DNA of 63,882 nucleotides, filler included, from Stramenopiles sp. TOSAG23-3 (taxonomy: Eukaryota): NCBI GenBank assembly GCA_900128585.1. It is 12 parts of 12 records of this genome, joined end to end, with 100 filler letters (N's around TTAATTAATTAA, not from the genome) between each part and the next. Parts side by side here need not be neighbours in the genome. Positions count along the whole stretch, not along the records: positions 1 to 8,140 come from LT643059.1; positions 8,241 to 16,373 come from LT643060.1; 10 more parts are not named here. One strand, written 5' to 3'. The position numbers were made by a program, and so were the translations under genes. Under the pieces are notes generated by a model that saw only the letters and a program-made list of their open reading frames with translations, did no database searches and had not been told where the DNA came from. Shown here piece after piece: positions 1 through 11,837 of this stretch (position 1 is its first letter; every line of letters begins with the position of its first letter).

Positions 1-826
1 GCATACTCTTTTAACGACGCGCTTTCCAATGCGGTATTTTTCTCTGTTAACGCCACAATCTTAGCGTCCATGTTGATAGTTGATAATCACTTTATTATGA
101 TATATGTTGTATTATTTTATTGGAATAATCTCCTTCGGATTTATATTAATTTTTGTCTTCCTCCTTTTCCAAAGCCACATTGCCTCCTCCTGTGTCGATA
201 CAAATCCTTCTTAACGAGAAGGCATGAAATGCTAATTATTATATTACCTTAAACTTAACATGTTGACGTTTTTCATTAAGTAGTCATATCATAAAACATA
301 TTTATGGATTCATTGAGATTTTTAGATAAAATCTTTTATAAAAAAGGTATTTAGGTATTTAGGTATTTACACACACAGGTATTAATATTAATACCTTACC
401 GTACACCACAATACACAATGAAATAGTTTTATATCTTCCTTGCTTCATCCCCACCACACCACCATCACACCATGAGGACTTAATGTCACAGCAGCATTAT
501 AATAAATTGTAAAAAATGAAGATTCATAGAGAAGCCTATGAGGCTGCTGTGTGGTGTATTTAAACAAAAAGAATTAAAAAAATGGGGGAAGAGAATTAAT
601 GTGCAGGCGTGTTGTTTGCCAGACGACAGAAGTATTATGTGATGATGATTTTAATATAGTCGTCTAGTTAGATTTGTTCTTCTATACAATAGATAAGAAT
701 AATTTAAAAAAGAAAATTATATCTTACGGAACAACAAAAGGATTCGTTCAGTTAGAAACAGCTAAACACCTCAATTCATTTTTGCCTTTGTTTCATCGCA
801 CCAACTATTTCAGCAACTACAACAAC

Positions 827-3800
827 ATGAAGAAGCGTGGAATCGAAACTACGAAAGAGTTCGCATCTGCGAACGACGGGCCTGAACGACCAAGCAAAGC
901 CCAGAAATGCACACAACGCGCACCAGCAACTCCCGAAGGATTGAACAACCCAGCTGGCGAGAGGAAACGTACAGCAGAAGAAGTCATGCAAGTTGAAGAG
1001 GACGAAAGATTGGCGGAACGGGAACAGGTCGCGGAAACTGAAGCGAGACAAGCTGCAGCCTCGTCCGCTGCCGTGGACGCCAGGGAGCGGCCATCGATGG
1101 CATCGGATAGGAACAAGCGAAAAGCCGCTGCTAGTAAACGATCCGCCACTAAGCAAGTGAATAAACGTTCACGCGAAACTCCATTGACCCCAGACCAATC
1201 AGATCCAGGATATTGGAGCATTGACGAGTTGAAAGCTCAAGCCGAAGCGAAAGACCATCTTCCCTTGGAACTGGAGAAAGTACTGAACCGCACGCGTGTG
1301 AACAAAGCATCTTTGGACGATCTGAAACAAGCTCTATCTTCAGACAACATCACCGCTTTCTTCCAATCACACCCAGACTCCCCTGCAATACGAGAAATTG
1401 AAACACGCTTAGTATGGTGGCAAGACCACCTGGAAAATCGTACTAATGTTCAAACCAAAGCGAGAGAAAAAATCGTGGAAGCGTTGGGGGAGGAAGGCAC
1501 TCGCGCGCTCATTGAGGTCGCGTGCGGGACGGGAAAAACCCACATTGGTATGGACACCGCTGAGGAATTGGTTGGCCTTGAAGACGATTTGGGTGACGTT
1601 TTTAAAATAGTGGTGTTTGAGCCATCGTTAGAATTGATCCGCCAAACGGTTGAAAAGTGGCATTCGTTTTTCATGCAAAGCGAAATAATGAAAGAGAAGT
1701 ATGACGTGGAGGCCCGAACGGTTTGCTCTATTGATTCTCTAAAAAGAAGGGACAAAAATTTACCAGAACCATGTGATATCTCCGTCGATGATTGCCAAAC
1801 CCAGATGCCAGATGACAAAAAATGGAATCAAATTTTAAACAAAACAAAGTCAAAAAATCCCACGAATGAGATCATTAAGTTTCTTCGAAGTGAGTCCGAA
1901 GAACGGATTCTTCGGAAGGACACAGAAGAATGTGGTTCGGATGACGACGGCAAAACGAAAATCAAAGTTCGAATTATATTTGTTTGTTACAAGTCAACAA
2001 GTGTTATTAAAGAAGTCATTAATTTAAGTGATGGTCCAACGGGGAAAATCAAATTTGACTTTGGTATTTTTGATGAAGCCCATACCACGGCAACATCGAG
2101 TACAAGGCGACAGAGCGAACCGTCTGAGCACCAACAGGGACTTTATGATGAACACGTCAATATAAAGCGTCGGCTGTTCATGACTGCGACGGCAAACGTC
2201 AAATGTGCAAAAGACCTGACGGCCGAACCAGTAGCCGACGATTCTGGCGGAACGGTAAAGGAGACTCGAAAAGTCGTACTTGGAATGGAGAACCAAACCG
2301 ATTTGTACGGAACGTTGGTCTATCGATTGTCACTACAAGAGGCAATTGAAAAGAAGATTGTGTGTGACTACCAACTGGCCGTTGCTTGCGTGACAGGTTC
2401 AGAATGGAACCGGTTTGATCTGGCCGGATTGAAAGCAGACGGGCTTTCGTTGACGCTGGAAAAGGATTTGGGGTTGAGCAAGAAGGATTACCCACATTAT
2501 CATGGGGAATACCCGGGCAAATCCCACCCAACGGCATTAGAACTTGCCCAAGCGTTTGCGTTTGATCATGTATGCCGCGAAAAGGATATTAAAAAGGGTC
2601 TTACGTTCCACGGAACGATTCCTGAATGCCGCCGTGCCGCAAAGATCGTAGAGTTCGCACTGAAAGGCGGCGATGTCGACCGGGAATACCTTTCTATTGA
2701 TTCCAAGATGAGGTCAAACGATAGTAAAAAACGAAAGACAACGAACGATGGCGAAAGCAGCAAGAGCCATATCACTGGCAAGCTCGGAACAATGGACTTG
2801 TTTCGAACGTCAGACAGGGCATGGATGTCGAACCCTCAAATGCTGGCCGTGGGCATCGACATGCCAGAGATGCAAGGAGTCGCCGTCATGTCGTCCATGT
2901 CGAGCCCAGTGAACATTGCCCAGATCCTCGGGCGGCCCGTACGCATGAACCCGAACTGTCGTTTAAAAAAGGCTATCATCATGACACCATTTTTCATGGA
3001 CGAAATGGACGATGCGGACGATGCGGCGAACGCGGCATTGTGGGACTCCGGCGGACGATCCAAGGATACTGGGACGGGCAAAGACGGGAACTCCTCTGCG
3101 GGCTCGAAAGGTCAAACGTACAAATGGGAGGGTACACACGACGAAGGCCTGAAGGCGTTGAAGGAATTTTGCGAGAGCCATAGGCGTATTCCACGTCGTA
3201 GAACCTCGTCGCAGAAGAAGAAGGGCGAAACAAAGGAAGCCGTGGAGTGTGAAAACAAAGTTGCTTCGTTTATGCGCACATTGCGGAAGAAAACGTTGCT
3301 TGAAAAGCAAGAGAAGCGACGACAAGAGTCGAGCGATTCGGCCAAGTCTGATTCTGGAGCACCGGGGGTGATCGGCACGGTAGGGAGTGGTGACGAGGAC
3401 TCGACTGGCGCTCTGGGGGAGACGGGGATACCCAAACTCGTGCTAGACCATTGGGCCAAATCGTTTGGACGGAACACGGCCAGTCAGCGAAAGTTTGCAA
3501 ACTTGTGGGCCGTATTGGAATCCATTGACCCAAGGAACAAACATGTCCGCGTTCGGCAGCAGGAGGCTCTTGTTCTGAGCGAGAATAAGCTTTATACAGT
3601 ACTGTCAGCGGCAGACTTGAAGAAAATTGAAGATGCTGGCATGGAATTTTCGAAGCGAGTGTCAATATCGTGCGTAACGCCAGATGGGCGTGTAACGGAT
3701 CGTGGCGATAGAAGGGTGTTGAGTGAGAAGGATATACTTCAAATAAAACGTGACGTGAAAGCGAGGTTGGTGGACGTCAGCGGGAGCATGCAGACGGTGT

Positions 3801-4861
3801 TGGCGATGAAGCTGGTGAACAAGTTTAAGAGGATCTGTCAGGAGACGGAGAAGGAGAGACAAAGAAGAACAAGGCAAGGAAGGACCAGTGGAGAAAGGAA
3901 TTATGGAAATGTGGAAATGACACTGGACGGAAAAAAGATAAAAACGATTCCACAGAGAACACAGTACTATTTTGGGCCCCTGTCTGCAGAAGAAGACATT
4001 GATCCAAATGAAACAATATTTAAAGCCAGGAACTAAGGCCTTTAAAAATTCAAGTGGTACATATCTGGGACAACACTTGACATGGTGGAAAAAGAATACA
4101 GAAACCATATTCGACGAATCGATTCTTGATTTTTCCCCCGACGCAGATGCCAAGGCATTGGTCCGTGAGTTGAGTAGTATCTGTAACGCAACGACGGAAG
4201 AGAGACGAAGAAGAACAAGACAAGGAAAGAAAAGTAATTTGAAATATGGAAACGTCAAAATGACACCGGATGGAAAAAAGATAAGAAAGATTCCAAAGAC
4301 AACAGAGTACTATTTTGGACTACTGTCTACAGAAGGAAAAATTGATTTAAACGACTATGAGAAAACAGGAGATAAAGTATCTAATATGAAACGATATTTA
4401 AAGCCAGAAACTACGTCCTCTGAAAAGACACATGGTTTATTTTTGGGACAACACTTGACATGGTGGAAAAAGAATACAGAAACCATATTCGACGAACGGA
4501 TTCTTGATTTTTCCCCCGACGCAGATGCCAACGCATCGGTCCGTGACTTGCGTAGTATCTGTAACGCAACGATGGAAGAGAGACGAAGAAGAACAAGGCA
4601 AGGAGAGAAAAGTAATTTGAAATATGGAAACGTCAAAATGACACCGGATGGAAAAAAGATAAAAACGATTCCACAGAGAACACAGTACTATTTTGGGCCC
4701 CTGTCTGCAGAAGAAGACATTGATCCAAAAATACAATGAAAACAGCTTTGAAGCTGAAGGGTGAATATCTGAAACAAAACTTGAACTGGTGGAAAGATAA
4801 TACACGAGACATATTCGACGAATCGATTCTTGATTTTCCGGCGGAAGAAAATAATAAATAG
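827..4861 (+). CDS. SF2 DEAH helicase (ResIII / type ISP / TtrA-like) with an HA domain and C-terminal HA-like repeats; frameshifts near 4008 and 4730
   Basis: Motif I ACGTGKT, Ia PSLELIRQT, II FDEAH, III FMTATA, YGTLVYRLSLQEAI..DYQL, V LAVGIDMP, VI QILGRPVR. HA-like segment KWE..LKALKEFCESHRRIP..ENKVASFMRTLRK. First ATG 827; homologous repeats continue in other frames to TAG 4861. Confidence 0.85.
3800..4861 (+). repeat. About three tandem 378-nt (126-aa) coding repeats
   Basis: GGGACAACACTTGACATGG at 4067 and 4445 (period 378); identical 80-nt blocks at 3929-4008 and 4650-4729. Confidence 0.9.
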
Positions 4862-4968
4862 GATGATATTAGTACAAACTTTAGTAGTGTTAAATATTAA
4901 TTCTAATTTAATTTGCTCTCTTTTCTTTATTTTACTAATGATCTTCTTATTGTGTCCCTGTATTATTA

Positions 4969-5421
4969 TTAATTATTAATTCGTTCGTTTAACATTATCA
5001 GGTTGTACAACTGTGTGCTCGATTCGGCAATTTCAGATACATAAGTCTTCACGAGAAACCATTTACCATTCATATCAAAGTGTCCTTTGAAGGCAGAAAT
5101 ACGTTGCCATACAGTGAACGATTCCTCTTCGGGTTGGCGTTCGTTTTTCCAGTGCACGGTACCCTCCTCTTTAGCAAACGTTTTCCATCGAAAAAGGTGA
5201 GAAATCACCAACAAAATATTTAGGGTGGCAAGTACAAAGAACGCCCAGGCACCTTTGCGATCCAAATGTCGAAAAAAATCCGTAACTCCGTATGCCAAAA
5301 CCAAGTGCGCACCGGCGACGGCAAAAGCTAAAACGTATAGGCCCACGCCCGGCCAACCAACACTTCTGCAGAAGGACGGTCGATCGTCCTTCAATTCCAA
5401 CGACAACGGGGCAGGAGGCAT
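4969..5421 (-). pseudogene. Truncated membrane protein, resembling the N-terminal TM region of oomycete-type TM-LRR proteins
   Basis: Two hydrophobic helices, then FDMNGKWFLVKTYVSEIAESSTQLYN, ending abruptly in AT-rich DNA. Family resemblance from memory only. Confidence 0.35.
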
Positions 5422-6142
5422 GTTGGAGCGTCAACAGATACAGAAATATTGTTCAATGCTCTGAGGTGGGGAGACTTCCAAATCGATATCTTGGAGGGCT
5501 ATGAGTGTCGAAACCTGATTTATTAAACGAACGAAGGTTTCACTATTCAATGCAAAACAATCAAACGGTCATGCTGGGGGTGACCAGTATAGCCACTCAA
5601 CAACTCAGCCACTCCGTATAATATGTATCCTCCTCTTCTTGATTGTAACACCTCTACCTACATAATTTGTACAGCTATAATAGTTAACATAAGAATAGCA
5701 TTGAATACTGATATTTAATTTTTTAAATTATATATAGACATAGGTAGTATTAATATTAGTGAGCCGAATAAATTATTAGATATTTATTATAAAAATCGGA
5801 TGCATACTATTTAGCTATACACCTTTAAAAAAATAAATATTATCCTCGAATGATTTCCCTGTTATTTTGATGATGAGAATTAGTAGTAGAACTATTTATA
5901 AATATATTCTATAAAATATAGTTATGTGACGCCCAAAAGTGTTTAGATGCACGAACGGACCGGACCGTTTATACGATGCCCATTGTAATATTTATCAAAA
6001 CAATAAGTCTAGTTGTTCAAACCAGGCGTTTTTAGGAATCGTTGCGCGAATCTCCATCGATCCTTAGAATTATACTACAAAAGGAAGCGTGTAAACAAAC
6101 GAGCCTACCACTCACTCACTACTAGTACTTTTTTTTTCTTTC

Positions 6143-6736
6143 TCAGACGTGAATGTCATTATCGGCGCCAAATACGTCTAACTTCTTACGCCGTTTCTTT
6201 TCTTCTTCCTGTTCTTCCAACAAGCTTTCTTTTGCCACCTCGAGGTCCTCTTCGTCGAGAATGTCCAAAAACAACCCTCCAGCGATTGTGTGCAATTTCG
6301 CTTCTGCCGTTTCAATTAATCCCGCCACGTTCAAACGAACGTAGTCATAATTACTCTGGCTCGCGTACTTCAAAGCCGTCCAACCATCGTCATCTTCAAG
6401 GGTGGCGTCAGCGCCTTTGTCCAATAAATACTTTATAACCTTTAAGCGGTTCCATTTCGCCGCGAGAATAAGGGGAGACGAGGACTGGCAGTTTGCTGGC
6501 TGCATGTTTAAGACTTGCCGACCCCCTGGAGCCTTCAACAAAGTCTCAAAAATTTGCAAATTCTCTGTGTGGACGCAAGCAACGTGTAGGGGTGGGACGC
6601 GATCGTCCTTCCTTGAGGAAGCAATGTCAAGAGGAACTCGCACATCATATGCTTTGTCCAAAACGGCCGTTTGGGCCCGCCCGGCGTCGGACGCGACGAT
6701 CGCTTCAAAAAGTTCTCTTGCGAGATCATGCTCCAT
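6143..6736 (-). CDS. Ankyrin repeat protein
   Basis: PPLHVAC, SPLILAAKWNRLKVIKYLLDKGAD, GWTALKYA. Start assumed at MEHDL. Confidence 0.85.
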   Translation of the reverse strand: MEHDLARELFEAIVASDAGRAQTAVLDKAYDVRVPLDIASSRKDDRVPPLHVACVHTENLQIFETLLKAPGGRQVLNMQPANCQSSSPLILAAKWNRLKVIKYLLDKGADATLEDDDGWTALKYASQSNYDYVRLNVAGLIETAEAKLHTIAGGLFLDILDEEDLEVAKESLLEEQEEEKKRRKKLDVFGADNDIHV

Positions 6737-7314
6737 CCCCCCTCCCCCCCTCCCCAAAGAGCAAACGGCAAATGAAATTTCTTAGTATGCGTACGAAGAA
6801 GCAACCCCCGTATCACGATGCACAATACGCATCCCACATTTCCTTCAGCAGGGAACGAAAGAAAGAAGCTTTTAAAAAAGATGCCAAAGTGCATAAATTT
6901 TCCATTTGATGTGCTTGAAAGATAAGCAACACATTAAAAAGAAATGAAAAACTATATACATTTTGATAAATAAATTGGGCCTCCTACGCGTGCTGTGCTT
7001 GCTGTGCTGCCAGCCTACTAAAATATAGAAGATGATTGGAGGATTTTAAAAAAATAATATTTAAAAAAATATGATGAAGAATATGATGACCGTTTCAAAA
7101 AAAAAAATATGGAAGAAGCGTTATTTTACTTATTTCCTACATTTATCTGACTATATCTCTATATCTATATGTAATATGTATAATCCATCGTTTAAAAAAA
7201 GCTCTTGCAAGGCAAAACATAGGGTTGGTACCACTTTTGCAAAACATAACTATTCTTTAGTCATCATTACCTTCTTTATCTGTTTGCGTCGTTCTGCATT
7301 TCGTGTTGAAACTT

Positions 7315-8136
7315 ATGGTGGTATGGTGGAAGAAAGGAGTGGTGGTCCACTTCATCCTGGCCTTTTTTGAATTAACGTTGTCCGGTGTTGGGGGCGTTTA
7401 TAATGATTGGTGCTACACTAAACCGAGCAATGGGACATTTGAATTGATCGAAGATTGTGGGTTGGGCGAGGCCGTTGCCGTTAGTCCGTATGTGAATGAT
7501 CTTAGCCGGCTGGAAATTAAAGGTGTTCTTCAAGAACCGTTCTTTGCATTGCCACGAATTTACCGAGAAGAACTTTCCAGGACGGACCACTTGCATCGGC
7601 TGTTTACCGTCGTTGACGCTGTCTTGGTGTTGCGGAGACTAAACTTGACCAATGGCAACGTAGGCCCAGCCGAGAATGGTGGGGCAGTGTACGTCTCGGG
7701 GATGTATTCCCAGTTCGAGGTGTACGCGTCTGTGTTTCACCAGAACCGTGGTAAGCCGAGGGGTGAAACAATATACGCAATTGCGGGCAGCCAAGTGCTT
7801 ATAAATGACACGACGATTGAAGGCAGCAGCAGCGACGCCGACGTGGGGGGATTCGGCTGCCATGGCCAGGGAACGAACTGCACTGTCAGAAAAAACGAAG
7901 TCATGGTGAATGACGTTTACGACGGGGCTAGCATTCACTCCTCATTCTCTGCGAGGGTGCGAATCCAAGGCCTGTTTACCGTCTCTGGCCCTGGGTGCGA
8001 CAGCGGGGCCGTCGAATGCGATGGGGGCCATAGCACAACCCCTTGCCTGATTCGCCAGAAACAGCTTGAAGCTGTAGGGAAAAGCGACGCTCCTCGGACT
8101 GTTATGCCGCGTTGCCACTGCGAAATTTACTGTTAA
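7315..8136 (+). CDS. Secreted beta-helix / Pmp-like protein, possibly truncated
   Basis: Hydrophobic N-terminus; RLFTV..LVLRRLNLTNG..NGGAVYV motif; stop 4 nt before the scaffold end. Confidence 0.55.
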   Translation: MVVWWKKGVVVHFILAFFELTLSGVGGVYNDWCYTKPSNGTFELIEDCGLGEAVAVSPYVNDLSRLEIKGVLQEPFFALPRIYREELSRTDHLHRLFTVVDAVLVLRRLNLTNGNVGPAENGGAVYVSGMYSQFEVYASVFHQNRGKPRGETIYAIAGSQVLINDTTIEGSSSDADVGGFGCHGQGTNCTVRKNEVMVNDVYDGASIHSSFSARVRIQGLFTVSGPGCDSGAVECDGGHSTTPCLIRQKQLEAVGKSDAPRTVMPRCHCEIYC

Positions 8137-8140
8137 AATT

Positions 8141-8240
8141 NNNNNNNNNNNNNNNNNNNNNNNNNNNNNNNNNNNNNNNNNNNNTTAATTAATTAANNNN
8201 NNNNNNNNNNNNNNNNNNNNNNNNNNNNNNNNNNNNNNNN
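8141..8240. other. Artificial scaffold linker; identical linkers start at 16374, 24604, 32830, 41048, 49264, 57476, 58759, 60041, 61322 and 62603
   Basis: 44 N + TTAATTAATTAA (stops in all six frames) + 44 N. Segment lengths 8140, 8133, 8130, 8126, 8118, 8116, 8112, 1183, 1182, 1181, 1181, 1180 are sorted. Confidence 0.98.
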
Positions 8241-8862
8241 TAAAGGTCTCCCCACAATTTCTTCTCTTCATTTTCCATTTCGTAAATTTAGCAGACACCC
8301 TGTAACTTTATTACTCGTCGTAGAAAACAAGCATTTCTTTTTCACTCGTTTTCTTAATCGAATGAGTTTCACTCTCAATTAATCCAATCCAATCCTTCTT
8401 CACTCTAAAAAATCTTACATAAATCATCATCATGGTTAGAGAGGATATGACAAAAATAATAGTTCAAAATATTTTTCTTTTTTTTTTTATATTATTATTA
8501 TTATTATTAAATTTAAAATCTCATCGTCGTCGATCGATCATCAAAATCGAATCTCAAGAAGAATAAAGAAGAAGAAGAAAGAAGAAGAAGAGAATAGAAG
8601 AGAGGAGGGGGGAGGGTGGTGGTGGTTATTATTTTATTATTATTTTATTATTAAATAAATAAATTATTAAAAAACACACAAAAAATGTAAAAAGTCTACA
8701 TCATGTATTCTTATTTATACCAATCTAAAAGAAATGACTGTACTTCTCCTCTTACTTCCTACTACATACCATCGTTTAACACCGATTCCTTATTGTGTAT
8801 AGGCAGGTCAGTAGTAAGGCAGGTACGCTTTCTTCTCTAGGATTAGGGTAAGCGTCCGTTCG

Positions 8863-9534
8863 ATGGCATCGTTGCCGTTGAACCATGCGTCCGATTCGAC
8901 ACTGAGGATGATCCAACGGAGGGCGGCGATCAACACGAAGAAATTCTTGGATGTATTGGAAGAATCGTATGGAGAGTGGGAAAAGGATAGTTTTGCGGGG
9001 AGCGACGACGAGGACGGGGGGGGGAAGGGGTCGAAGAAAAGGGGACGAAAAGGCAAGAAACGAAAGGACCATGCCTTGCAGCGCAAGGCATTTGACTACG
9101 ACCTGGCAACATCAGGGTACGTTGGCGAAACGTTTGAAATCCAATGTTTTCCAAAGCTCGTGGTGAGCTTTGACCAGCTAAGCATCCAACCCAAGAAGAC
9201 CAAGTTCCTGCAAGTCCAAACGGCGTGGATAGAAACACCCGATCGCCCGATCCGTAGCTTCAAGATAAACCCTGATTCCCTTCTTGGGTCAGACAGCGGG
9301 TTGATATCGCAGGAGTTGATGGAGGAGTTTTTGTCGTCCTCGTCTGATGACGAAACGACCGATGGAGAAGGGGGCGGCGCTGCCAAGGATGGGAGGAACG
9401 GTGACGCCGAAAGCAGCAGTGGGAGTGACATAATGTCCTTGCATAGCGATGCGAGCAGCGACGACTTCAACGAAGACCAAACCCATTTGGCCGAAGAGTT
9501 GGACATTTTAAACGAAAGCTTTCATGCATCGTGA
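8863..9534 (+). CDS. Hypothetical protein, 5' end uncertain
   Basis: 223-aa GC-rich ORF in AT-rich flanks with a basic patch and acidic tail; frame stays open upstream to 8818. Confidence 0.5.
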   Translation: MASLPLNHASDSTLRMIQRRAAINTKKFLDVLEESYGEWEKDSFAGSDDEDGGGKGSKKRGRKGKKRKDHALQRKAFDYDLATSGYVGETFEIQCFPKLVVSFDQLSIQPKKTKFLQVQTAWIETPDRPIRSFKINPDSLLGSDSGLISQELMEEFLSSSSDDETTDGEGGGAAKDGRNGDAESSSGSDIMSLHSDASSDDFNEDQTHLAEELDILNESFHAS

Positions 9535-9731
9535 AAGGATGAGTGAGTGAATGAGTGGACCTGTTGAACTTATCTACTGACCAATAATAACGGTCTTCTC
9601 TATTAAATAATAATAATCATATGATAATAATATAAACAGAGCAGGGAGTATTATAGCACCAACGTTAAAAAAAACAAAATCATTCCCACCACCACTCCTA
9701 CCTCAAAACACAACAAATTCGGTCGGTCGGT

Positions 9732-10094
9732 ATGGAGGAGTCACTTCGAAACGACCAAAGTACTTAATTACTACTACCACATGAAACTACAGCGTTGAAA
9801 GTCAGTTCTCTTCTCGTTGTTTGCAGTGTACTGTATTGGGAGTGAGTGAATATTTCCTCGATTCTTTCGTCCGCGCAGTATACCTCTTTGGTGGGTGCTG
9901 AACCGATCCCGTGGGTGGGCAGCACACAGGGTACTATTGGTGGGTTAAGTATAAGTACGGCTCCTGCGTTGCTGCGCTTTCATGCTGTTTATGTCTGCCG
10001 TGGGTCCTACGGAGGTCGTACCCCAACGGTCGCCCTACGAAGGACCGAGCGGTACTTCAAGATAAATGGGCGGTGTACAAGAAGGCATCCATAA
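9732..10094 (+). CDS. Small hypothetical protein with three putative tiny introns
   Basis: Exons 9732-9759, 9793-9800, 9827-9841 and 9879-10094, joined by GT-AG introns of 33, 26 and 37 nt, give one frame MEESLRNDQTLKCTVLGYTSLVGAEPIPW... Confidence 0.4.
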
Positions 10095-10363
10095 AGCAGT
10101 AAGAGCTTCGTAGAGTCTCGTAACGCTTAAAGAGGCGGTAAAACTTATGCTTTTTCAGGAATCCCAGGTTTCTGGCCATGCAACAATTTTTTAAAACTGA
10201 TCGTGTAAACTCTCCGCGATTATCCACTGTGTAAGATTCTTTATTTTTTTAAAAAAGGTTAATGCAATTAAATTATAAAAGCTCCATATGTTTTTGAACC
10301 TACAGCACAGCGTATTTAGAAAATCAAAAAATCTTTTTTATTTTATGTTTTTAGAGGCTGTTT

Positions 10364-10402
<39 letters not shown>

Positions 10403-10432
10403 CCGGGAGAGGGAGAGAGCGAGCGAACGCGG

Positions 10433-10816
10433 TTAGATGCCTACTTCGTCCTGGAGCAAGCGTATTCGCTCCTCCAAGGCTTCGATGTATTTACGCATGG
10501 CGCCCTGCTCGTTCTTCTGCTTGACTAGCTGGTTGAGCAAGCGTTTATTTTCGGCGACCTGCAACGCGAATTTATGCTCCAAGTCCTCCTTCAACGCTTC
10601 CACCTCTTTAGTAATTCTCGAGTCGATGGTAAACACGTGCTTCCCGACGGCGTCGTTGATCCTGTCCTTTTCGCGCTCGACTTCATCGACCCGCTGACTA
10701 AGTATGTTGATGGTGGCATCCTGCTCCGCGATCTTTTGTTGCATGTCCGCAACGATGGCTTTCACCCCCGAGCCTCCACTATTTGATTTTTGGGTCGACG
10801 ACAACGCAAGAGACAT
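10433..10816 (-). CDS. Small coiled-coil protein
   Basis: 127 aa, heptad-rich, ACCATG start context. Confidence 0.75.
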   Translation of the reverse strand: MSLALSSTQKSNSGGSGVKAIVADMQQKIAEQDATINILSQRVDEVEREKDRINDAVGKHVFTIDSRITKEVEALKEDLEHKFALQVAENKRLLNQLVKQKNEQGAMRKYIEALEERIRLLQDEVGI

Positions 10817-11214
10817 GGTGGTCGGTCGGTCGTGTGTTGGGGTTGGTTACGTGTATAAAAACGATAAAAGGGAAATGAACAAACAAACAAATATGTATAA
10901 ATATATATGTGTGTGTGTGTATGTATAAATGTGTTGATATTGTGCTTTTTATTGACTAACTACTCCTAAATACCCACCTCACCCCCAAATGAACCATTTC
11001 CTTTCCTTTCTCCTAAGCCTTTCCTTTCGTTCCATTTTTTTTAATTTTTTTTTTTTTTTGTATAAATAATATATTAGAGATAAATAACAAGTGAATACAA
11101 TGAACAAATGATACGATTTCAACGAATAGATCAAATATTTATATAAATTAATAAACGAAGAGAAATAAATATAATTATTATAGGAATAGTATAGGTTCAT
11201 ACTATGAAAATATC

Positions 11215-11340
11215 TAAGAAGAAAGAAGAAAGAAAGAAAGAAAGAAGAAGAAGAGGAAGAAAAAGAAAGAAAGAAATCTAAAAAAGAAAGAAAGAAAGAA
11301 AGAAAGAAAGAAAAAGATCTAAAAAAAGAAAGAAGAGCAA
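11215..11340. repeat. (AAAG)n/(GAA)n microsatellite
   Basis: Visible in sequence, in a divergent intergenic region. Confidence 0.9.
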
Positions 11341-11837
11341 AACGCTTCTTCGTCTCGTTTTATTTTAATTAAAATGAAATAGGTATTATAATAATAACTA
11401 TACTTATTAATAATACTTATATCTTTTAAATATATATTACTATACAAATTAATCGTACTTTTATCTTTTAAAGATTGTATCATCTATTTATAACCTTTTC
11501 GGTTACAAGTTTTATAACCCTATTTATAAACCTAATTTGAAGTTGTTTTTTTCGGCGGGCGGCGGGCGGCGGAGGATCATTATTATATTTTCGAATTAAG
11601 ATTAAGATTCGGATTCTTCAGAATGAAAAGATACGAAGAAGAAAAGAGACGAAGAGAAAGAGCTGGATGATTGAATGTTTCTTTTCATGTTTTATTTGTT
11701 CAAGTTAGAAACGTATGAAAAAAACACGATTATCGTTGCAGTGTCTCCCTTTCGTTATAAGTGTTCTATTGTTTTGGTTTGTACTGTGCTGCCGTTCCGA
11801 AGACGCCGAACAGTGTGAAAATAATAATAAAATAACC

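Noticed and set aside
9880-10102. Alternative frame ..LFGGC-TGA-TDPVGG.. suggesting a Cys-Sec selenoprotein
   Set aside because: I found no canonical SECIS downstream, and the spliced model in another frame needs no readthrough.
10365-10401. 37-nt C homopolymer as a functional G-quadruplex
   Set aside because: Homopolymer length is unreliable and may be a sequencing artefact; no other support.
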